DNA of 64,000 bases from assembly GCA_000388065.2 (NCBI GenBank), contig KB932204.1; one strand, written 5' to 3'. Below the pieces are notes generated by a model. The model was not told where the DNA came from. It made no database searches and saw nothing but the letters and a program-made list of their open reading frames with translations. How positions within the stretch are numbered: position 1 is the stretch's first letter; each line of letters opens with the position of its first letter. Position numbers and translations under genes: made by a program. Below are positions 61,675 through 64,000 of this stretch, piece after piece. Source of the stretch: Fonticula alba ATCC 38817. Its lineage: Eukaryota > Protista > Nucleariida.

Positions 61675-63960
61675 TCACTCCTGGGCAATGAAGGCCTCCA
61701 GCCCGGTAAGGTCCAACGAAGCACACACGCTCGGATCTGACCGGAGGAAAGTCAAGAAGGCCTGGGTGATGGCGCGCACACCGCCGACACGGCTGTTGCT
61801 CTGAACATTCAGCGGCATGACCGGGTCGTGGAGGGACATGCGGATGAGGAACCAACCGGTGGACTCATCCTCCGGGAAGCGGACCGCCACACGGACACCC
61901 TCATGGTTGGGGGTGACGCGCGACCAGCCCAGCTCCGCGGCACGGGACGGGCTGTCCAGGACAGCATTCAAATGCGCCAAGACCCCGGCGCCGACGGTCT
62001 TGAAGTCCTCGGCGGCAATCTTCAAGCGGAACTCCTCCTCCTCGACAGGCTCCTGAAGGCTATGGCGGCGGGAGGAGGAGGGTGAGAAGGTGAGAAACCC
62101 GGCAAAGGGGGGGGGGGGGGGGACAAAAAATGCAAGGAGGCACATACTCAGACAGCAGCGAGGTGATGGACTCCAGGCCATTTACCGCCAGCTCGATGAG
62201 GATCTTTACCACCAGGTAGGCACCGTCATCAAGATAGTGGTTCTCCTGCAGGGCGCCATGGCCGCTGGTCTCAATGGCGAAGGGCGAGCCGCGCTTCTGT
62301 GCCTCGTTGATGACATTGCGGTAGCCGCGCTTGAACCGGTGGTGACGGCCGCCCTTGGCAGCAATGAATGAGGCCAGCCCATCGGACGTCACCGAGTCGG
62401 TGACAATCTCCACACCGGGGGTCTCGCGCAGGACAATGGCTAAGACGACCAACAGGGAGCGGGGCGGGAGGGAGGCGAGGGGGAGGGGGGGGAGGCAACG
62501 GGTGAGGATGCGCAAAGGGGGGAGATGCACAAGGGGGGAGCACAAGGAATCGTACCCGACAGCAGGGCAATCAGGCGATCGCGGTTGATCTCGCGTCCGG
62601 ACGCGTCGACGATTCCGGCGCGATCGACATCCGTGTCGAAGACAATGCACATATCGGCCCGGGCCGCCAGCAGAGCATCGCGAGCCATGGCCATGGCCTG
62701 CTTATCCTCCGGGTTGGGGGGATGGTTGGGGAAGGTGCCATCTACGTCGGGAGGAGGGAGGTGAGTATGGGCCAAGAGGGCGGCTGGTGGGTGGAGAAAA
62801 GGCCGCACCGGAGTCCAGGAACTGGCTGCCATCCGTCTTGGCACCGAGCGGCTTGAGAACCTTGTCAACAAAGAAGCCGCCGGCGCCATTGCCGGCATCG
62901 ACAATCAGGTGCAGGCCCTCGAGGGCATTCCTGTGCGAGAGTGTGGGGGGAGGGGGAGAGAGAGAGAGAGAGAGAGAGGGAAGGGGGAGAAAGGGGGAAA
63001 GGGGGATCGGAGGAGGGTTAAACTGATGTCGGGCGCCCAAGCGTGTGAGGCAGACACAGGGAGACGCACTGCTTGCCGGTAGCCGAGCGGATCTTCTCAA
63101 CCAGGATCCCAGCGTAAACGCTCATGAAGTCCACCGTGTCGATATTGGCCTTGGGATACTGTTTTAAGAAATGCCCGGGGTGGACCAGGGAACGAGAAGA
63201 GGAGGGAGGAGATGAGAGGTGTTAGCAGCTGGAGAGTGTGTGTGTGAGAGAGAGAGAGAGGCAGAGAGAAAACACTCGCCATGGAGCGCCATGCCTCGGG
63301 GCAAGGGGAAAGCCACGCGGATGTGCATATATATACATATGTGTACCTCGGCGTCCTGCTCGGCCAGGAAGGCCGCGCGAGCGATGATCCACTTGATGTC
63401 GGCGCTCTCGAGGCCGCCATCCTTGGTGAAGAACTTCAGGCCATTCCGCTCGGAGGGCAGGTGGCTGGCCGTGAGCATGATGGCGCCGGTGTACTTGTGA
63501 CCCTCGGTGATGGTGCTCATGAACTGGACGTGCGGACGCGCGGTCATGGTGGTCAGCGAGGGCCGGAGGAAGGGGGGCCAATACGCGTGTGCAAGAGGTG
63601 GTCTGCCACCCAGGGGCGCACCATTGCCGGCGTCGAGGCCAGACCGAAGGACACGACGCGCGTGGCGCCGGCTTGCATAATACCACGGGACACATTGTCA
63701 ATCATGAACTCGGCGCTCAGGCGCCCATCATGGCCCAGGGCCACCGTGACACCGCTCTCATCGGTGGCATTGCGGGCCAGGAAGTCCACGAAGGCCGCGC
63801 CGATGCGCGACACAGTCAGCTGCGTCAGGTTGGCCTTGCTGTTGTCGGTGGCCGCCGGGTCGAAGGCCACGCCACGGATGTCCGATCCGTTGGGCAGCCG
63901 CGTCCAGATGGCCGGCAGGGGCTCGGACGCGAGCTCAAACTGGCCGATGCTAATTTGGGT
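61675..63960 (-). CDS. Alpha-D-phosphohexomutase (PMM/PGM), plant/cyanobacterial/Firmicute-type; multi-exon; 5' end lies beyond the window
   Basis: LPNGSDIRG; LGHDGRLS; GLASTPAM; phosphoserine motif MLTASHLPSERNGLKFF; VDAGNGAGG; FPNHPPNPE; metal loop FDTDVDR; IVTDSVTSDGL; RFKRGYRNVI; AIETSGHGALQENHYLDDGAYL; GWFLIRMSLHDP. Confidence 0.93.
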
Positions 63961-64000
63961 CTGTGTTTGGCCGGGGGGGGGGGGGGGGGGGGGGGGGGGG

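Noticed and set aside
1-64000. CRISPR arrays, transposases, rRNA/tRNA or viral genes
   Set aside because: None of the tandem repeats have unique spacers, and no transposase, RT, tRNA or rRNA signatures were recognised by eye.

Overview
GC-rich, intron-containing eukaryotic genomic DNA from a draft assembly with many N-gaps and long homopolymer G/C and CA/GA tracts. The style fits a GC-rich protist such as Fonticula alba, but that is inference. About 15 protein-coding genes can be reconstructed by joining exons through GT-AG introns: a ZCCHC10-like zinc knuckle/RS protein (-), ZNF598/Hel2-like RING E3 (+), CTF18 (+), an S9A oligopeptidase-B-like peptidase (-), VPS34 (-), a type II membrane M1 aminopeptidase (-), two large orphan low-complexity proteins, NOC3 (-), a small orphan membrane protein (+), CZIB/DUF866 (+), an SLC35F5-like transporter (-), NAR1/CIAO3 (+), a mitochondrial PPR protein (-), a Rrg9/neugrin-like protein (+) and a 5'-truncated plant/bacterial-type phosphohexomutase (-). 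I found no rRNA, tRNA, CRISPR array or mobile element. The most interesting signals are: (1) a strongly non-standard splice code, with 5' donors GTRCGY and no A at +4 in any donor I could place, and C-rich rather than U-rich 3' tracts; (2) a candidate horizontally acquired PMM/PGM; (3) very large low-complexity insertions inside conserved catalytic domains; (4) an Illumina adapter plus an 89-bp false duplication assembled into CTF18. Most long ORFs in the supplied track are GC-driven shadow frames.
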